The notes beneath the pieces are model-generated. The model was not told the origin of the DNA. It was given only the letters and a program-made list of their open reading frames with translations, and made no database searches. A DNA stretch of 64,000 nt, from positions 10,654-74,653 of the forward strand of contig CAZCOS010000004.1 in assembly GCA_964500605.1 (NCBI GenBank), written 5' to 3'. The position numbers and the translations under genes were made by a program. The DNA comes from an uncultured Sterolibacterium sp. Lineage in GTDB: Bacteria; Pseudomonadota; Gammaproteobacteria; Burkholderiales; Rhodocyclaceae. Shown here in pieces: positions 10,650 to 22,346 of the stretch (position 1 is the stretch's first letter; every line of letters starts with the position of its first letter).

Positions 10650-11228
10650 ATGCCCTTCAACATCCCCATCCTGCTCACCTGGGCGCGCATTGTCCTGATT
10701 CCGCTATTTGTCGGGGTGTTTTACATTTCACCCGATCTGCTAACGCCGCACGAGCAATCGCTCGCCGCCACACTGATTTTCATGATTGCGGGAGTCACGG
10801 ACTGGCTGGATGGGTGGCTGGCGCGCAAACTGGGCCAAACATCCGCCTTCGGTGCTTTTCTCGACCCAGTGGCCGACAAACTCATGGTCGCCGCCGCTTT
10901 GATCGTTCTTGTTCAACTGGGCCGTATCGACGCCATCATCGCCATCATCATCATCGGGCGGGAGATCGCCATCTCTGCATTACGCGAATGGATGGCCAAA
11001 ATTGGAGCCGCCGAGAGCGTGGCGGTTTCTTTTCTCGGAAAAATTAAGACCGTTGCCCAAATGGTAGCGATTCCGGCCCTGCTCTATCAGGAAAACTTTT
11101 TCGGGCTCGATACCCGGCAGATCGGCTACGGCCTGATCCTCATCGCTGCGGCCCTGACGCTCTGGTCCATGGCCTATTACCTCAAAATGGCCTGGCCAGA
11201 AATCTCCCTGCGCAGTCGAACACGCTAA
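10650..11228 (+). CDS. pgsA: CDP-diacylglycerol--glycerol-3-phosphate 3-phosphatidyltransferase
   Basis: TDWLDGWLAR...GAFLDPVADK motif; follows uvrC. Confidence 0.95.
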   Translation: MPFNIPILLTWARIVLIPLFVGVFYISPDLLTPHEQSLAATLIFMIAGVTDWLDGWLARKLGQTSAFGAFLDPVADKLMVAAALIVLVQLGRIDAIIAIIIIGREIAISALREWMAKIGAAESVAVSFLGKIKTVAQMVAIPALLYQENFFGLDTRQIGYGLILIAAALTLWSMAYYLKMAWPEISLRSRTR

Positions 11229-11304
11229 GCCAAAACGAAAACGGGTGCGCAAACAAACCCACCCCCTCCGGATTTTTATCGAGAGATCACTGCCATCACC
11301 AGGA

Positions 11305-11541
11305 TCAATCGTTGTCTGCATCCTGAGAAACCGTCACTGGGCGACCGGGGACGATGGTTGAAATGGCATGTTTGTACACCATCTGGGTGACCGTGTTTTT
11401 GAGCAGAACCACATACTGGTCAAAAGACTCGATCTGCCCTTGCAGCTTGATGCCATTGACCAGATAAATGGACACCGGCACATGTTCGCGGCGCAGTGTG
11501 TTCAAAAACGGATCCTGCAGCATTTGTCCCTTGTTGCTCAT
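11305..11541 (-). CDS. hfq: RNA chaperone Hfq
   Basis: LQDPFLN...[10 protein letters not shown]...[12 protein letters not shown]. Confidence 0.98.
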   Translation of the reverse strand: MSNKGQMLQDPFLNTLRREHVPVSIYLVNGIKLQGQIESFDQYVVLLKNTVTQMVYKHAISTIVPGRPVTVSQDADND

Positions 11542-11646
11542 GAATCGTTTCTCCTAATGAATTAGTTTCAAGTTTGTTGGGTTTGTTGAGTTTGATCAAC
11601 GGATCAAACAGCTATGAGGGAAATCAGCAGGTCATTCGCAAGCCAT

Positions 11647-13080
11647 TTAGCGGGCCGCCTGCTTTTTTCGTGGACGACGAGTGGCTCCGGCCTTTGAAGT
11701 TGTCGAAGCGGTCGAAGAACGCTCCGGTTTTTCCCGGCGCAGTCGTTGAGGTTCGGATTTCTTTTCGGCGTAGGGATTGTCACTACTACGGAATGACACC
11801 CGTAGCGGCGTTCCCTGCAATTTGAACACCGTCATGAAAGTTCGTTCCAGATAACGGCGATAAGCCTCCGGGACTTCTTCGAGCGCGTTGCCATGAATGA
11901 CGATGAGAGGCGGATTTTGTCCGCCCTGATGGGCATAGCGCATTTTGGGTCTGAAGATGCCATGACGAGGCGGGGCCTGCTTGGCCACAGCGGCTTGCAG
12001 AGCCCGCGTGAGCCTCGGCGTCGAAAGTTTGGCCATGGCTGCCGTCCAGGCCTTGTCGATCGAGGTCAGCACACCGCCGATCCCTTCATCATTCAGGGCC
12101 GAGATGTAGTGCATCCGGGCAAAGCCGAGGAAATTCAGCTTACGTTCGAGATCCTGCTTGACCTGTTCCCGCCGGTAAGGATCAACGGCATCCCATTTAT
12201 TCACGGCCACCACCAGGGCTCGTCCGGCTTCGATGGCGAAACCGGCGATGTGTGCATCCTGATCAGAAATATCCTGGCTGGCATCTACCATCAAAACGAC
12301 GACGTTGCTTTGCTCGATCGCCTGCAGGGTCTTGATGACGGAAAATTTCTCGATGGCCTCGAAAACCTTGCCCCGACGGCGCAAGCCCGCCGTGTCGATC
12401 AATACATAATCCCGGCCATTGCGGCTGAAAGGAACTTCGATCGCATCTCGCGTTGTGCCGGGCATGTCAAAAGCGATGACCCGTTCTTCACCCAGCAGGG
12501 TATTGACGAAGGTGCTCTTGCCGACGTTGGGCCGTCCCGCAACGGCAACCCTCGGGCCGGATTCTGGGTTGTCTTCAACCGCATCTTCCGGAAACGCAGC
12601 CAGCGCCTCTGAAATCAGCTCACGGACCCCGTCGCCATGGGCCGCTGAAATAACCAGGGGCGTGCCACAACCCAATTCATGGAATTCAGCCGCCACCATC
12701 GGACGGTTCATGCCTTCGGCTTTATTGACAACGAGCAGGAGCGGGCGGCCGGTTCGTCGCAGACGTTCTGCGATGACTTTGTCCTGTGGCGTGAGGCCGA
12801 TCCGCCCATCTACGACGAAAAGCAAAAGATCGGCCTCGGCAATGGCGGATTCAGCCTGTCGCGCCATTTCGTGCATGATGCCCGTCTTGGCTTGAGGCTC
12901 GAACCCCCCTGTATCGACAACCAGATAAGGGCGATCGCCAACCAAACCATGACCGTAGTGACGATCACGGGTCAGACCTGGTAGATCGGCAACCAGTGCA
13001 TCGCGTGTTTTGGTCAGACGATTGAAAAGCGTCGACTTGCCCACATTCGGTCGCCCGACAATCGCCAGTGTGGGTTTCAT
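11647..13080 (-). CDS. der: Ribosome biogenesis GTPase Der/EngA
   Basis: Two GRPNVGKS P-loops, KH-like C-terminus; start MKPTLAIVG. Confidence 0.97.
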   Translation of the reverse strand: MKPTLAIVGRPNVGKSTLFNRLTKTRDALVADLPGLTRDRHYGHGLVGDRPYLVVDTGGFEPQAKTGIMHEMARQAESAIAEADLLLFVVDGRIGLTPQDKVIAERLRRTGRPLLLVVNKAEGMNRPMVAAEFHELGCGTPLVISAAHGDGVRELISEALAAFPEDAVEDNPESGPRVAVAGRPNVGKSTFVNTLLGEERVIAFDMPGTTRDAIEVPFSRNGRDYVLIDTAGLRRRGKVFEAIEKFSVIKTLQAIEQSNVVVLMVDASQDISDQDAHIAGFAIEAGRALVVAVNKWDAVDPYRREQVKQDLERKLNFLGFARMHYISALNDEGIGGVLTSIDKAWTAAMAKLSTPRLTRALQAAVAKQAPPRHGIFRPKMRYAHQGGQNPPLIVIHGNALEEVPEAYRRYLERTFMTVFKLQGTPLRVSFRSSDNPYAEKKSEPQRLRREKPERSSTASTTSKAGATRRPRKKQAAR

Positions 13081-13114
13081 ACCGAAGCGTCCTTCCTGTC
13101 GTTCAGTGAAGCGT

Positions 13115-14254
13115 TCATCGTGCCGAGAGCGCGTACACCGCGCCACTCCGGGTTTGCACGACAAAGCCCTCCTTGAAAGCCTTCGGATCGGACATCAATT
13201 TTCCGGTCTCGCTGTAGCGTGCGGCAAAGCTGCCGTTGGCAAGATTCAGTAAATGAATAACCCCCAGACCATCGGCAACAACAAGATTGGAGCCTACAAC
13301 CAGCGGCTTGAAAAGATGACGCCAGGACAGTTTGTCCTGCTTCCAGAGGCTGGCTCCATTGCTGCGATCAAAGGCGAGAACGTGGCCTTTGTCATCGCTG
13401 ACGTACACGGCTTTTTGATCGACATCGATGCCTGCCGTGCTGGAGACATCGCGCGACCACATCAGCTTGCCGTTGTTCAGTTCAAAGCAGGCCACACGAC
13501 CCTGATAGGCCACGGCACAGACCGTATTGCCATAAACGACCGGCAGGCTGGTGACATCCGCCACCCGTTCCAGTTCCGTCGTGCCCTTGGGCAAGGCCAC
13601 GGTTCCTTCCCAGAGCGCGCCTCCGTTGGCCGGATTCAGTGCAAGCAGTTTGCCACCCGGAAAGCCGGCCAGAATGGCCCTGCCGCCCAAGACGACGCCG
13701 GCCGTATTACGAACGGCGAGCGTCGGCGTACTGCGCTGATATACCCAGCGTCGTTTACCGTCACTCGATGCGAGCGCATAAATTCGGGAATCGCCGCTGC
13801 GAACCACGACGAGATCATCTGCAATCGTCGGTGCTGCCAAAATTTCCGAACTGAGCTGAGCCTGCCACAAAGGCTTGCCGCTGCTTGCATCAAAGGTCAG
13901 TACTTCACCTTTGCTTGTCCCCACTGCAACCAGACGGCCATTGCTGCCCACGCCTGCAGAAAGAGGCTTCCCTGCATCAATGCGCCAGACCTGACGGCCC
14001 GCATCAAAGCGCGCAAGCGAGCCATCCGCGCCTGCGGCATAAACACTCTCGCCCACCACGGCCGGCGAGAGAGCAGCATCCTCGCCCCGGCCGACGCTGG
14101 CCTGCCATTGCGTTTTCACATCAACAACAGACTTGAAAGCCACCAGCTCAGCAGGCTTGAGCTTAGGCTCGCTGGCAAAGGGATTGAGCGAGGAGCAAGC
14201 CGCACAGATTGCCAGCGTCATTGAAGCCAGTGCGGCCAGACGGAACTGCTTCAT
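13115..14254 (-). CDS. bamB: Outer membrane assembly lipoprotein BamB
   Basis: Lipobox (CAAC), PQQ-like beta-propeller repeats, ELERVADV; synteny. Confidence 0.93.
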   Translation of the reverse strand: MKQFRLAALASMTLAICAACSSLNPFASEPKLKPAELVAFKSVVDVKTQWQASVGRGEDAALSPAVVGESVYAAGADGSLARFDAGRQVWRIDAGKPLSAGVGSNGRLVAVGTSKGEVLTFDASSGKPLWQAQLSSEILAAPTIADDLVVVRSGDSRIYALASSDGKRRWVYQRSTPTLAVRNTAGVVLGGRAILAGFPGGKLLALNPANGGALWEGTVALPKGTTELERVADVTSLPVVYGNTVCAVAYQGRVACFELNNGKLMWSRDVSSTAGIDVDQKAVYVSDDKGHVLAFDRSNGASLWKQDKLSWRHLFKPLVVGSNLVVADGLGVIHLLNLANGSFAARYSETGKLMSDPKAFKEGFVVQTRSGAVYALSAR

Positions 14255-15009
14255 GGCCGTTTTTCCTCAGGCTTGATGTTTTGCTTGGCGTCTTGCTGGG
14301 TGTCTTTTGCGGCATCATTGGTGGCCGGATTGCTGAACGAAGGCAAGGGTATGCCCTGGAATTCCATCTTGACCTGCAGCATGTCACGGTAAGGAGCCTG
14401 ACGCTGCGCGTGGCCGGCCGCCTTCTGCATTTCGTCGTATTTGTTCAAGGCGGTCTGATAAGCCGCCTTGGCTTCACTCGACTTACCCTGTGCTGAAAGG
14501 ATGTCGCCACGAATCTCGGCAAATCGGGCTGCAAAAGGCAAGGAAGGCTCGACAGAAACGGCTTTCATCGCATCGTCCAGTTCCTTGGCGTCCAGCAACA
14601 TGGAAGCGAGGCGCAAATGGGCCAGATCACGCAGTCCTTCGTCGCTGGCATGGTCTGCTGCCCATTGCAGTTGTGCGCGTGCCGTTTTGAGATCGGAAGA
14701 CTCTGCCTGAACACGAGCCGACAGCAAAGCGGCCATGCCTGCGTAACTGGTTCCGGGAAATTTATCGATCAACTCTCCCGTTGCCTCACGCGCCTTTTTC
14801 GCATCATGCGAACGGCTCGCTTGTTCCACCACTGAATAGAGCACACTGGCCTGCGTTGCCTGGCTGCGTTGCCACCAGTTCCAGCCCTGCCAGGCCGCAA
14901 CACTCAGGGTAATGGCCAAAGCCCCGCCCGTTACCAGATTGCCATAGCGTTTCCACCAGGTTTTCAGTTCGTCGATCTGTTCCTGCTCTTCGAGATCATA
15001 GACTGCCAT
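14251..15009 (-). CDS. yfgM: YfgM family TPR membrane protein
   Basis: [22 protein letters not shown] helix, TPR region; between hisS and bamB. Confidence 0.9.
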   Translation of the reverse strand: MAVYDLEEQEQIDELKTWWKRYGNLVTGGALAITLSVAAWQGWNWWQRSQATQASVLYSVVEQASRSHDAKKAREATGELIDKFPGTSYAGMAALLSARVQAESSDLKTARAQLQWAADHASDEGLRDLAHLRLASMLLDAKELDDAMKAVSVEPSLPFAARFAEIRGDILSAQGKSSEAKAAYQTALNKYDEMQKAAGHAQRQAPYRDMLQVKMEFQGIPLPSFSNPATNDAAKDTQQDAKQNIKPEEKRP

Positions 15010-16291
15010 CGTCGTCTCCCCATCCATAAAGACATTGACTCACGCATTCGGCCAAGGCATCCGCCGAAACCCGTTGCTGTGCTCCCGCCTCACGAAGAGG
15101 CTTGAGCGTCACTTCCCCTGTTGCAACTTCCTCCTCGCCGATGATGAGGGCCAACATCGCGCCGGAAGCATCCGCCCGCTTCATCTGCGACTTGAAACTC
15201 CCTCCGCCGCAGTGCATCTGGACGGTAAAACCACGGCTACGCAAATTCTCCGCAATCTGGAAGGCCATTCGCTGTGCGGCCTCCCCTTGATGCAGTAAGT
15301 AGGCATCCAGCGCAGGAAACTCGGCCTGCCCTCTCTGTTCCTGCCAAATAGCGAGCAGACGTTCGATGCCCATGGCAAAACCGCAAGCCGGCGCTGGCTT
15401 TCCACCCAACTGGGCCACCAAGCCATCGTATCGACCTCCGGCACAAATCGTGCCTTGCGCACCCAGCTGGTCAGTCACCCACTCGAACACAGTGAGATTG
15501 TAGTAATCCAGTCCACGCACCAGACGCGGATTGATCCTGAAGGCAATCCCGGCATCTTTGAGCACCGCCTGCACCCCTTCAAAATGGGCCAGCGATTCCG
15601 GACCGAGGTAATCGATCAGCTTCGGCGCAGCTTCGACAATCGGCTGCATGGCGGGATTCTTGGTGTCGAGAATCCGCAAAGGATTGCTGTAGAGACGCCG
15701 ACGGGCCTCTTCATCGAGCTGTTCAGCGTGATTTTCAAGATGGGCGATAAGGGCCTGCCGGTGTTGCTGTCGTTCTTCAATTTGCCCCAACGAATTGATT
15801 TCAAGGCGAATGTTTTCCAGCCCGAGATCGTCCCACAGCCGCTGACACATGATGATCTGCTCAGCATCAATATCCGGGCCGACCAGCCCCAGGGCTTCGA
15901 CTCCGATCTGGTGAAACTGGCGGTAACGACCTTTCTGGGGGCGTTCGTGACGGAACATCGGCCCCTGATACCAGAGGCGTTTCGGGCCGTCGTAAAGTAG
16001 ATTGTGTTGCAGAACGGCGCGTACGCAGCTGGCCGTTCCCTCAGGCCGCAAGGTGAGCTGTTCGCCATTGAGGCTGTCCGTGAAGGAATACATTTCCTTC
16101 TCGACAATGTCGGTCACTGCACCAATGGCGCGTGCGAACAGCGGGGTGGGCTCGACCAGCGGCATACGGATCGGACGGTAACCATAGCTGCGAAGCCAAT
16201 CCCGGAGGATGGACTCAAAGTATTCCCACTGTTCAGCTTCGTCAGGCAGGATGTCATTCATCCCGCGCAGGGCTTGCAAGGTCTGGCTCAT
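14996..16291 (-). CDS. hisS: Histidine--tRNA ligase
   Basis: [37 protein letters not shown]. Confidence 0.98.
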   Translation of the reverse strand: MSQTLQALRGMNDILPDEAEQWEYFESILRDWLRSYGYRPIRMPLVEPTPLFARAIGAVTDIVEKEMYSFTDSLNGEQLTLRPEGTASCVRAVLQHNLLYDGPKRLWYQGPMFRHERPQKGRYRQFHQIGVEALGLVGPDIDAEQIIMCQRLWDDLGLENIRLEINSLGQIEERQQHRQALIAHLENHAEQLDEEARRRLYSNPLRILDTKNPAMQPIVEAAPKLIDYLGPESLAHFEGVQAVLKDAGIAFRINPRLVRGLDYYNLTVFEWVTDQLGAQGTICAGGRYDGLVAQLGGKPAPACGFAMGIERLLAIWQEQRGQAEFPALDAYLLHQGEAAQRMAFQIAENLRSRGFTVQMHCGGGSFKSQMKRADASGAMLALIIGEEEVATGEVTLKPLREAGAQQRVSADALAECVSQCLYGWGDDDGSL

Positions 16292-16304
16292 TTTTCTTCA
16301 GGAT

Positions 16305-17558
16305 TCAGAGAAGGCGCGCCGGATACTTGCGCGCCACATAGTCATCGATGATGGTACGGAACTCGCCAGCGATGTTGTCCCCCTTCAGGGTCACCGTGCG
16401 TTCGCCATCCACATAAACCGGAGCCACCGGCGTTTCGCCCGTACCGGGCAGGCTGATACCGATGCTGGCATGTTTGCTTTCGCCAGGGCCATTGACGACG
16501 CAGCCCATCACAGCCAGCGTCATGTTTTCCACCCCGACATGCGCCAGTCTCCAGGCCGGCATGCGTTCGCGGACATAGTTCTGGATGTCCTGGGCCAGCT
16601 CCTGGAAGACCGTGCTGGTTGTGCGACCACAGCCCGGGCAGGCGGCAACCAATGGGGTGAAAGCGCGAAGCCCCATGGTTTGAAGTATTTCTTGGGCAAC
16701 GATCACTTCGCGGGTGCGGTCGCCATTGGGTTCCGGCGTGAGGGAAACGCGGATGGTTTCGCCGATACCTTCCTGAAGAAGAACGGCCATCGCCGCCGTC
16801 GAGGCCACGATGCCTTTAGAACCCATGCCCGCCTCCGTCAAACCCAGATGCAGCGGATAATCACATCGCATTGCAAGATCGCGATATATGGCAATCAGAT
16901 CCTGCACGGCAGAGACCTTGCAAGACAGGATGATACGATTGCCGGGCAAGCCCAGTTCCTCAGCCTTGGCTGCACTTTCCAGTGCCGAAGCGACCATGGC
17001 TTCACGCATGATGGCGACTGCATCCTTAGGCACGGGTCGAGCGGCGTTCTCATCCATGATGCGGGCGAGAAGGATCTGATCCAGACTCCCCCAATTCACG
17101 CCGATGCGGATGGGCTTGTCGTAGCGGCAGGCCATTTCGATCAGCCGGGCAAACTGGTCATCCCGGCTCTTGCCCTTTCCGACGTTACCCGGATTAATGC
17201 GCAATTTGTCCAGTGCCTCGGCACAAGCCGGGACTTCTTCGAGCAGCTTGTGTCCGTTGAAATGGAAATCACCAACCAGCGGCACATCAACATTCATCTT
17301 CAGAAGCTGCTCACGCAAATGGGGAACGGCCTGCGCTGCTTCGCGCGTGTTGACTGTCACCCGAACGATCTCGGAACCCGCACGCGCGAGTTGCGCAACC
17401 TGGATGGCCGTGGCAACGTAGTCTGCCGTATCGGTATTGGTCATGGATTGCACAACCACGGGAGCCCCACCTCCCACGGCAACCGCCCCAACCCGGACTT
17501 GACGGGTTTGGCGAAGAGGTACGCCGTTTTGCGACAACTGCGATTTCAAGTGCGTCAT
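16305..17558 (-). CDS. ispG: 4-hydroxy-3-methylbut-2-enyl diphosphate synthase
   Basis: [30 protein letters not shown]. Confidence 0.97.
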   Translation of the reverse strand: MTHLKSQLSQNGVPLRQTRQVRVGAVAVGGGAPVVVQSMTNTDTADYVATAIQVAQLARAGSEIVRVTVNTREAAQAVPHLREQLLKMNVDVPLVGDFHFNGHKLLEEVPACAEALDKLRINPGNVGKGKSRDDQFARLIEMACRYDKPIRIGVNWGSLDQILLARIMDENAARPVPKDAVAIMREAMVASALESAAKAEELGLPGNRIILSCKVSAVQDLIAIYRDLAMRCDYPLHLGLTEAGMGSKGIVASTAAMAVLLQEGIGETIRVSLTPEPNGDRTREVIVAQEILQTMGLRAFTPLVAACPGCGRTTSTVFQELAQDIQNYVRERMPAWRLAHVGVENMTLAVMGCVVNGPGESKHASIGISLPGTGETPVAPVYVDGERTVTLKGDNIAGEFRTIIDDYVARKYPARLL

Positions 17559-18643
17559 TCCAGTGTGAGCCGAGCCACATCGACCCGTGTCCAGGGTTTC
17601 AAATCGATCACTTGATCGTCGTAACGAAGCCGGACCTGCGAAGCATTGCCAACGACAATGCTAAAAGGCGGTTGCCCGGACACAACCTTTTGCGTCCCAC
17701 GAAGATTGTTTTGCGCCACCAACATTTTTTTATTGGCGTCACGAACCTCCAGCCAGGCAGTTTCATCAAAATCAAATGTCAGCATCTTCTCGCCGCCAGT
17801 CGCCAATACGGGATTTACTGTTGTTCCGGTGGAAACAGTTGGTGTCGCGGTCTGCGACGTAGAATCAGGCGAAGACGAAAGTGCCGGGGAAGCGTTGGAA
17901 GATGGGGAAGAGGATGAAGAAACGATGCTGCCTGAAGAGGAGGGAGAGACAGGTGAAGCTACAGGCGAGGCCAATAGGGCCTCACGGGTATCTACCGCAG
18001 CAGCGGGAACATGCGCAGGGGAAGTCGTCGCCGCCCCTGCCATCGCTTCATGAGAAGCCGCTGCAGGAAAAGACGAAGCGGATTTTGATGCGGACATCGT
18101 CGTAGATGCCTCACCCATCAGGCTCGGCGCAATGAAATGAAACACACCAAAGCCCAGGAAGATCACGAACGCTGCCATTCCCGCCAGAAGGAGATAACCC
18201 TTTCGACGACGCTGCCCCGAGGCTTTTGGTAAAGTCCCCATCGACGTCATCGCGGTCATCGAAGCCATCGACCTCGTCGCCTGGGTTCCTTGCAACGAAA
18301 CGGGGGCCTGGCGATCAAACAGAGCCAACAAGGGCTCCACTTCCAGCTTCAACAATTTTGCATAGCTGCGAATGAAGCCACGGATGACGGTCAAGCCCGG
18401 CAACTTTTCAAAATCGTCATTTTCCATGGCCTCAATCTGGCGAGGGCTGAAACGAATAACCCGGGCCACTTCATCAACAGATAGCCCCCGAGCTTCACGC
18501 GTTTCGCGCAAACGTTCACCCAAAGTTTGAACGATGGAAGCCTCAGGAACCGTCGATGTCAAAACCGACCCTGCCCCGAGGCCTGAAGCCTCGCCCATGT
18601 CCAGCGATTCCTGCAAAGGCTTGGATTTCATTATCTCAGTCAT
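17555..18643 (-). CDS. rodZ: Cytoskeleton protein RodZ (HTH-TM-DUF4115)
   Basis: [10 protein letters not shown]...[16 protein letters not shown] helix, Ser/Pro linker, C-terminal IVVGNASQV. Confidence 0.9.
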   Translation of the reverse strand: MTEIMKSKPLQESLDMGEASGLGAGSVLTSTVPEASIVQTLGERLRETREARGLSVDEVARVIRFSPRQIEAMENDDFEKLPGLTVIRGFIRSYAKLLKLEVEPLLALFDRQAPVSLQGTQATRSMASMTAMTSMGTLPKASGQRRRKGYLLLAGMAAFVIFLGFGVFHFIAPSLMGEASTTMSASKSASSFPAAASHEAMAGAATTSPAHVPAAAVDTREALLASPVASPVSPSSSGSIVSSSSSPSSNASPALSSSPDSTSQTATPTVSTGTTVNPVLATGGEKMLTFDFDETAWLEVRDANKKMLVAQNNLRGTQKVVSGQPPFSIVVGNASQVRLRYDDQVIDLKPWTRVDVARLTLE

Positions 18644-19442
18644 ACTGCCCCTGGGCCAGTTTCAGTGCTTCCGGACTATCTGAAAAATCCCGCCGAAGAC
18701 GGGTTGAATACTGCAGTTCTTCCTCTCGATTCCCGGTCTTTCGCGCCACACGCAGCGCAAGCCAAAGCGACTCCGGTGTCGGTTCGGTCAAGCGACTCAA
18801 CTCGCTCAACCAGTTTCGTGCGACTCCGAACTGGCTTCGGCGCAAAGCAGTTTCAGCCAGTAAAAAAATTGCGCGGGCATTTCCGGAATCCAGCCGGTAA
18901 GCGCGGATGAAATACGCCTCCGCCTCTGCATTTTCATTCAAACGCAAAAGACAGATCCCCGCATTGATATTGGGCAGGGCAGGCGTGGTATAGAGCGGGG
19001 CTTTGATGGCCCGATTGAAGTACTCGAGTGCTTGGCGTTCCCGACCACTCTGACAAAGAAACCAGCCGAAATTGTTGTTGATCTCTGGATCCGCAGGCGC
19101 AAGCTGCAAGGCTTGTTCGAAGCTTTTTTCTGCCGAAGCGTTCTCACGCAGCTGCATATAAGTTAAGCCAGCCAGATTGTGAGCAGGGGCGTAGTTCGAA
19201 TCCGCAGACAACGCAACCCGTGCTTCATCCAGTGCAACGGCAAGTGTCCCCTTTTGCAGGTAAAGCGAGCCGAGCTCCGTATGAACCTTGGCCCGCTTTT
19301 GTGCATCGCTGCCGGCATCCTGTTGGGAAACCGGCTGCTGGGCTGAAGCCTCGCTAGACAATTGCGTCGTGGCACACCCCGTCACCCATGAAAGGGAAAG
19401 GATGGAAATCATCAGATAGCTTGCAACTTGCAACCGCAACAT
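18636..19442 (-). CDS. pilW: Type IV pilus secretin pilotin PilW/PilF (TPR lipoprotein)
   Basis: Lipobox VTGC, TPRs, INNNFGWFLC; position between rlmN and rodZ. Confidence 0.9.
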   Translation of the reverse strand: MLRLQVASYLMISILSLSWVTGCATTQLSSEASAQQPVSQQDAGSDAQKRAKVHTELGSLYLQKGTLAVALDEARVALSADSNYAPAHNLAGLTYMQLRENASAEKSFEQALQLAPADPEINNNFGWFLCQSGRERQALEYFNRAIKAPLYTTPALPNINAGICLLRLNENAEAEAYFIRAYRLDSGNARAIFLLAETALRRSQFGVARNWLSELSRLTEPTPESLWLALRVARKTGNREEELQYSTRLRRDFSDSPEALKLAQGQYD

Positions 19443-19454
19443 GAACGGCCTCCT

Positions 19455-20705
19455 CTATCTGGAATGTGGACGAATCCCGATGACTTTGCGCACCCCACGT
19501 TCAGCGGCCCGACCCGGATGCGCTGTGTGCAGTGTCGAAGACTTTTGGGAAGATATAGCCTGTGCCGTGCGTGAAGTTTTATCCTTCACCTGACCCGCCA
19601 ATTGACCGCATGCTGCATCAATGTCATCCCCACGCGTCTTGCGCGTCGTGGTCACGATACCGGATGACATCAAAATATCAGCAAAACGCCGAACCCTCTC
19701 TCCCCTCGAACGCCGAAACGCTGAGCCCGGAAATGGATTGAAAGGAATCAGATTGAATTTGCAGGGAACTTCTTTCGTCAGTTGAATCAGCTTGCGGGCA
19801 TCATCATCGTGATCGTTCACACCATCGAGCATGACGTATTCAAAAGTCACAAAGTCTCGGGGTGCCTTTTCCAGATAACGCCGACAGGCAGCCATCAATT
19901 CGAACAAGGGATACTTCCGGTTGATCGGCACAAGCCGATCGCGCAGCGCATCGTCCGGCGCATGCAACGAAACAGCCAATGCGACCGGGCAGGCGTCACG
20001 CAAACGATCCATCGCCGGCACGATACCGGAAGTGGAAACCGTCACCCGGCGACGTGAAAGACCATAAGCATGATCGTCCAGCATCAGATGCAAAGCCGTA
20101 ACGACTTGATCCAGATTGGCCAGGGGCTCCCCCATCCCCATCAAGACGACATTGCTGATGATGCGCTCATCGGCCTCAGGAGCTTCCCCGGCACGACGGG
20201 CCGTGGAGGACTCGCCCGCCGACTGTTCCCGCTCAGCCATTTCAGCCATTTTCAACAGGCGTCGAGCCTGCCAAAGCTGTCCAATGATTTCTGAGACGCT
20301 CAGATTACGATTGAACCCTTGCTTCCCCGTCGAACAGAAAGCGCAATCCAAGGCACAGCCCGCCTGAGTTGAAATGCACAAGGTTCCACGCCGCTCCTCG
20401 GGAATAAAAACGGTTTCCACCGCATTCCCCTGCCCGACATCGAAAAGGAACTTGCGCGTACCATCGTCAGAAAGGCTATCGCGGATAACAACAGGGGGGC
20501 GCACACAAGCCCGTTCCGACAACATTTCACGGGTCAGCTTTGCGACATCCGTCATGCAGGAAAAATCCGTCACTCCTTCCTGATGAATCCAGCGCATCAC
20601 CTGATGCGCCCGCATTTTTGCGCGCGAAGCGGCCTCGCCCTGACGAAGAAAAAAATCCGTCAGGCCGACCGCATCGTAATCAAGAAGATTGAATTTGTCC
20701 TGCAT
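19455..20705 (-). CDS. rlmN: Dual-specificity RNA methyltransferase RlmN
   Basis: [29 protein letters not shown]. Confidence 0.97.
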   Translation of the reverse strand: MQDKFNLLDYDAVGLTDFFLRQGEAASRAKMRAHQVMRWIHQEGVTDFSCMTDVAKLTREMLSERACVRPPVVIRDSLSDDGTRKFLFDVGQGNAVETVFIPEERRGTLCISTQAGCALDCAFCSTGKQGFNRNLSVSEIIGQLWQARRLLKMAEMAEREQSAGESSTARRAGEAPEADERIISNVVLMGMGEPLANLDQVVTALHLMLDDHAYGLSRRRVTVSTSGIVPAMDRLRDACPVALAVSLHAPDDALRDRLVPINRKYPLFELMAACRRYLEKAPRDFVTFEYVMLDGVNDHDDDARKLIQLTKEVPCKFNLIPFNPFPGSAFRRSRGERVRRFADILMSSGIVTTTRKTRGDDIDAACGQLAGQVKDKTSRTAQAISSQKSSTLHTAHPGRAAERGVRKVIGIRPHSR

Positions 20706-20798
20706 CGACAAACCGTCAAAAGTCACCCTGAAACCCAGCTACCTGACCCGTATCAAACAATGACAACCGGGCCAGGCAAGGGCAAAAGGGGGAGGCTT

Positions 20799-21224
20799 TC
20801 AACGCGAGTAAACGTTCGAAGCCGGGAAGAAATAAGCGATTTCCACCGCAGCAGTTTCAGGCGCATCCGAGCCATGAACGGCATTTGCATCAATGCTATC
20901 TGCAAAATCGGCACGAATGGTTCCCGGAGCAGCCTTCTTGGGGTCTGTCGCACCCATCAGGTCACGATTCTTCAGAATCGCACCTTCGCCTTCCAGAACC
21001 TGGATCATGACGGGACCGGAAATCATGAACTCGACCAAATCCTTGAAGAAAGGACGCTCGCGGTGCACCGCATAAAAGCCCTCCGCATCCTTACGAGAAA
21101 GATGCTGCATCTTCGAGGCGATGACCTTCAGGCCAGCCGCTTCAAAACGGGCATAAATCTGGCCGATGACATTTTTGGCAACGGCATCGGGCTTGATGAT
21201 GGAAAGGGTACGTTCAACAGCCAT
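20799..21224 (-). CDS. ndk: Nucleoside diphosphate kinase
   Basis: [19 protein letters not shown]. Confidence 0.98.
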   Translation of the reverse strand: MAVERTLSIIKPDAVAKNVIGQIYARFEAAGLKVIASKMQHLSRKDAEGFYAVHRERPFFKDLVEFMISGPVMIQVLEGEGAILKNRDLMGATDPKKAAPGTIRADFADSIDANAVHGSDAPETAAVEIAYFFPASNVYSR

Positions 21225-21297
21225 TTTCTACTCCAGACGTGATTAAACAAACAGCCGGTCATTCTAACTTATTATCGAAGCAGATCGCGTGATTGTA

Positions 21298-21326
21298 TTG
21301 ACTCAGACAAACAAGACCAATAGAAT
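21298..21326 (+). promoter_or_regulatory. Sigma70 promoter for tRNA-His/tRNA-Ser
   Basis: TTGACT-17 nt-TAGAAT upstream of tRNA-His. Confidence 0.7.
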
Positions 21327-21396
21327 TCCGGGTCTGCTCTTGCTGAACTGCGAGGCAGTGCTTCAAAGCAAAGTAATTTTCAAAGCAAGTCAAAGT

Positions 21397-21473
21397 GGTG
21401 GCCGTAGCTCAGTTGGTAGAGTCCTGGATTGTGATTCCAGTCGTCGTGGGTTCGAGTCCCATCGGCCACCCCA
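21397..21473 (+). tRNA. tRNA-His(GTG)
   Basis: Cloverleaf with G-1, anticodon loop TTGTGAT, GGTTCGAGT T-loop, encoded CCA. Confidence 0.97.
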
Positions 21474-21519
21474 AAAACCCTGCATCGCGTACCCAATACC
21501 CGATCAGGCCGGACAAGCT

Positions 21520-21609
21520 GGAGAGGTGGATGAGTGGTTTAAGTCGCACGCCTGGAAAGCGTGTTTAGGTGAAAGCCTAACGCGGGTTCGAATCCCGCCC
21601 TCTCCGCCA
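21520..21609 (+). tRNA. tRNA-Ser(GGA)
   Basis: GGAGAGG acceptor, loop CTGGAAA, long variable arm TTAGGTGAAAGCCTAA, CCA end. Confidence 0.97.
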
Positions 21610-21620
21610 ACAATACCCAG

Positions 21621-21662
21621 AAAACCCGCACGGCTAGTAGCTGCGCGGGTTTTTTGTTTTTT
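21621..21662 (+). terminator. Intrinsic terminator after tRNA-Ser
   Basis: AAAACCCGCA...TGCGCGGGTTTTTT hairpin plus T-run. Confidence 0.75.
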
Positions 21663-21663
21663 G

Positions 21664-21684
21664 CTACCCACATTTCTACCCACA
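21664..21684. repeat. 9-bp direct repeat CTACCCACA (period 12), possibly integrase arm-type sites
   Basis: CTACCCACA-TTT-CTACCCACA about 55 bp downstream of the tRNA-Ser 3' end. Confidence 0.5.
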
Positions 21685-22050
21685 CGGCAACAATAAAAAA
21701 CCAGAGATTTATTGCTCCCCACAGTCGTCGCCAGTGCCAACTTTCTGATTTTGCAAAACAGATTCAGCGGTCCTGCCAGTCTGGTTTAAGACGGGGTATT
21801 GAGGGCCCATTGACCTGCCGATACCGCCGCTGCTGCTGAATCGAATATCCTAATTCGGCACCTGATTCTCAGTAGCCTGATGGGCAAAGTTTGGAGTGTG
21901 CTGACCTACCACTACAAGACCGAAGGTCATGAATAGCGGGACATTAACAATGTGCAATTTCTGATTGGGCCACAGAAATATCTGGAGCCAGATACGGCCA
22001 GAATAAATAAGGCCAACCACCGCTAAGTGATTGGCCCTGTTAATTTTGTT

Positions 22051-22127
<77 letters not shown>

Positions 22128-22346
22128 TCTGAGAAGTCGAATTATACACAAAAAACAGAACCAGACACTCATTCTGGCAGATTTTTCAAAAATCATCTGA
22201 AATTAACTGAAATTGCTGATCCACTCACAGCGTCATACCTGTGCCTTGCAAGAAAAGCACTGATTTATTCTGTTCGTCCGTTAGCCTAAGTCACTCGATA
22301 CGAATCAGGTCAGGCTTGCCGAAAGACTCCGGACGAACGATGCTAC

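Noticed and set aside
16209-17615. Long antisense ORFs (this 468-aa ORF; also 496-1440, 13253-14224, 40890-41834, 44040-45038, 51901-53379)
   Set aside because: They are shadows of well-supported genes on the opposite strand, expected in GC-rich DNA, and show no recognisable motifs.
21289-21740. ORFs of 135 aa and 78 aa
   Set aside because: They overlap the tRNA genes (both tRNAs for the 135-aa ORF, tRNA-Ser for the 78-aa ORF).
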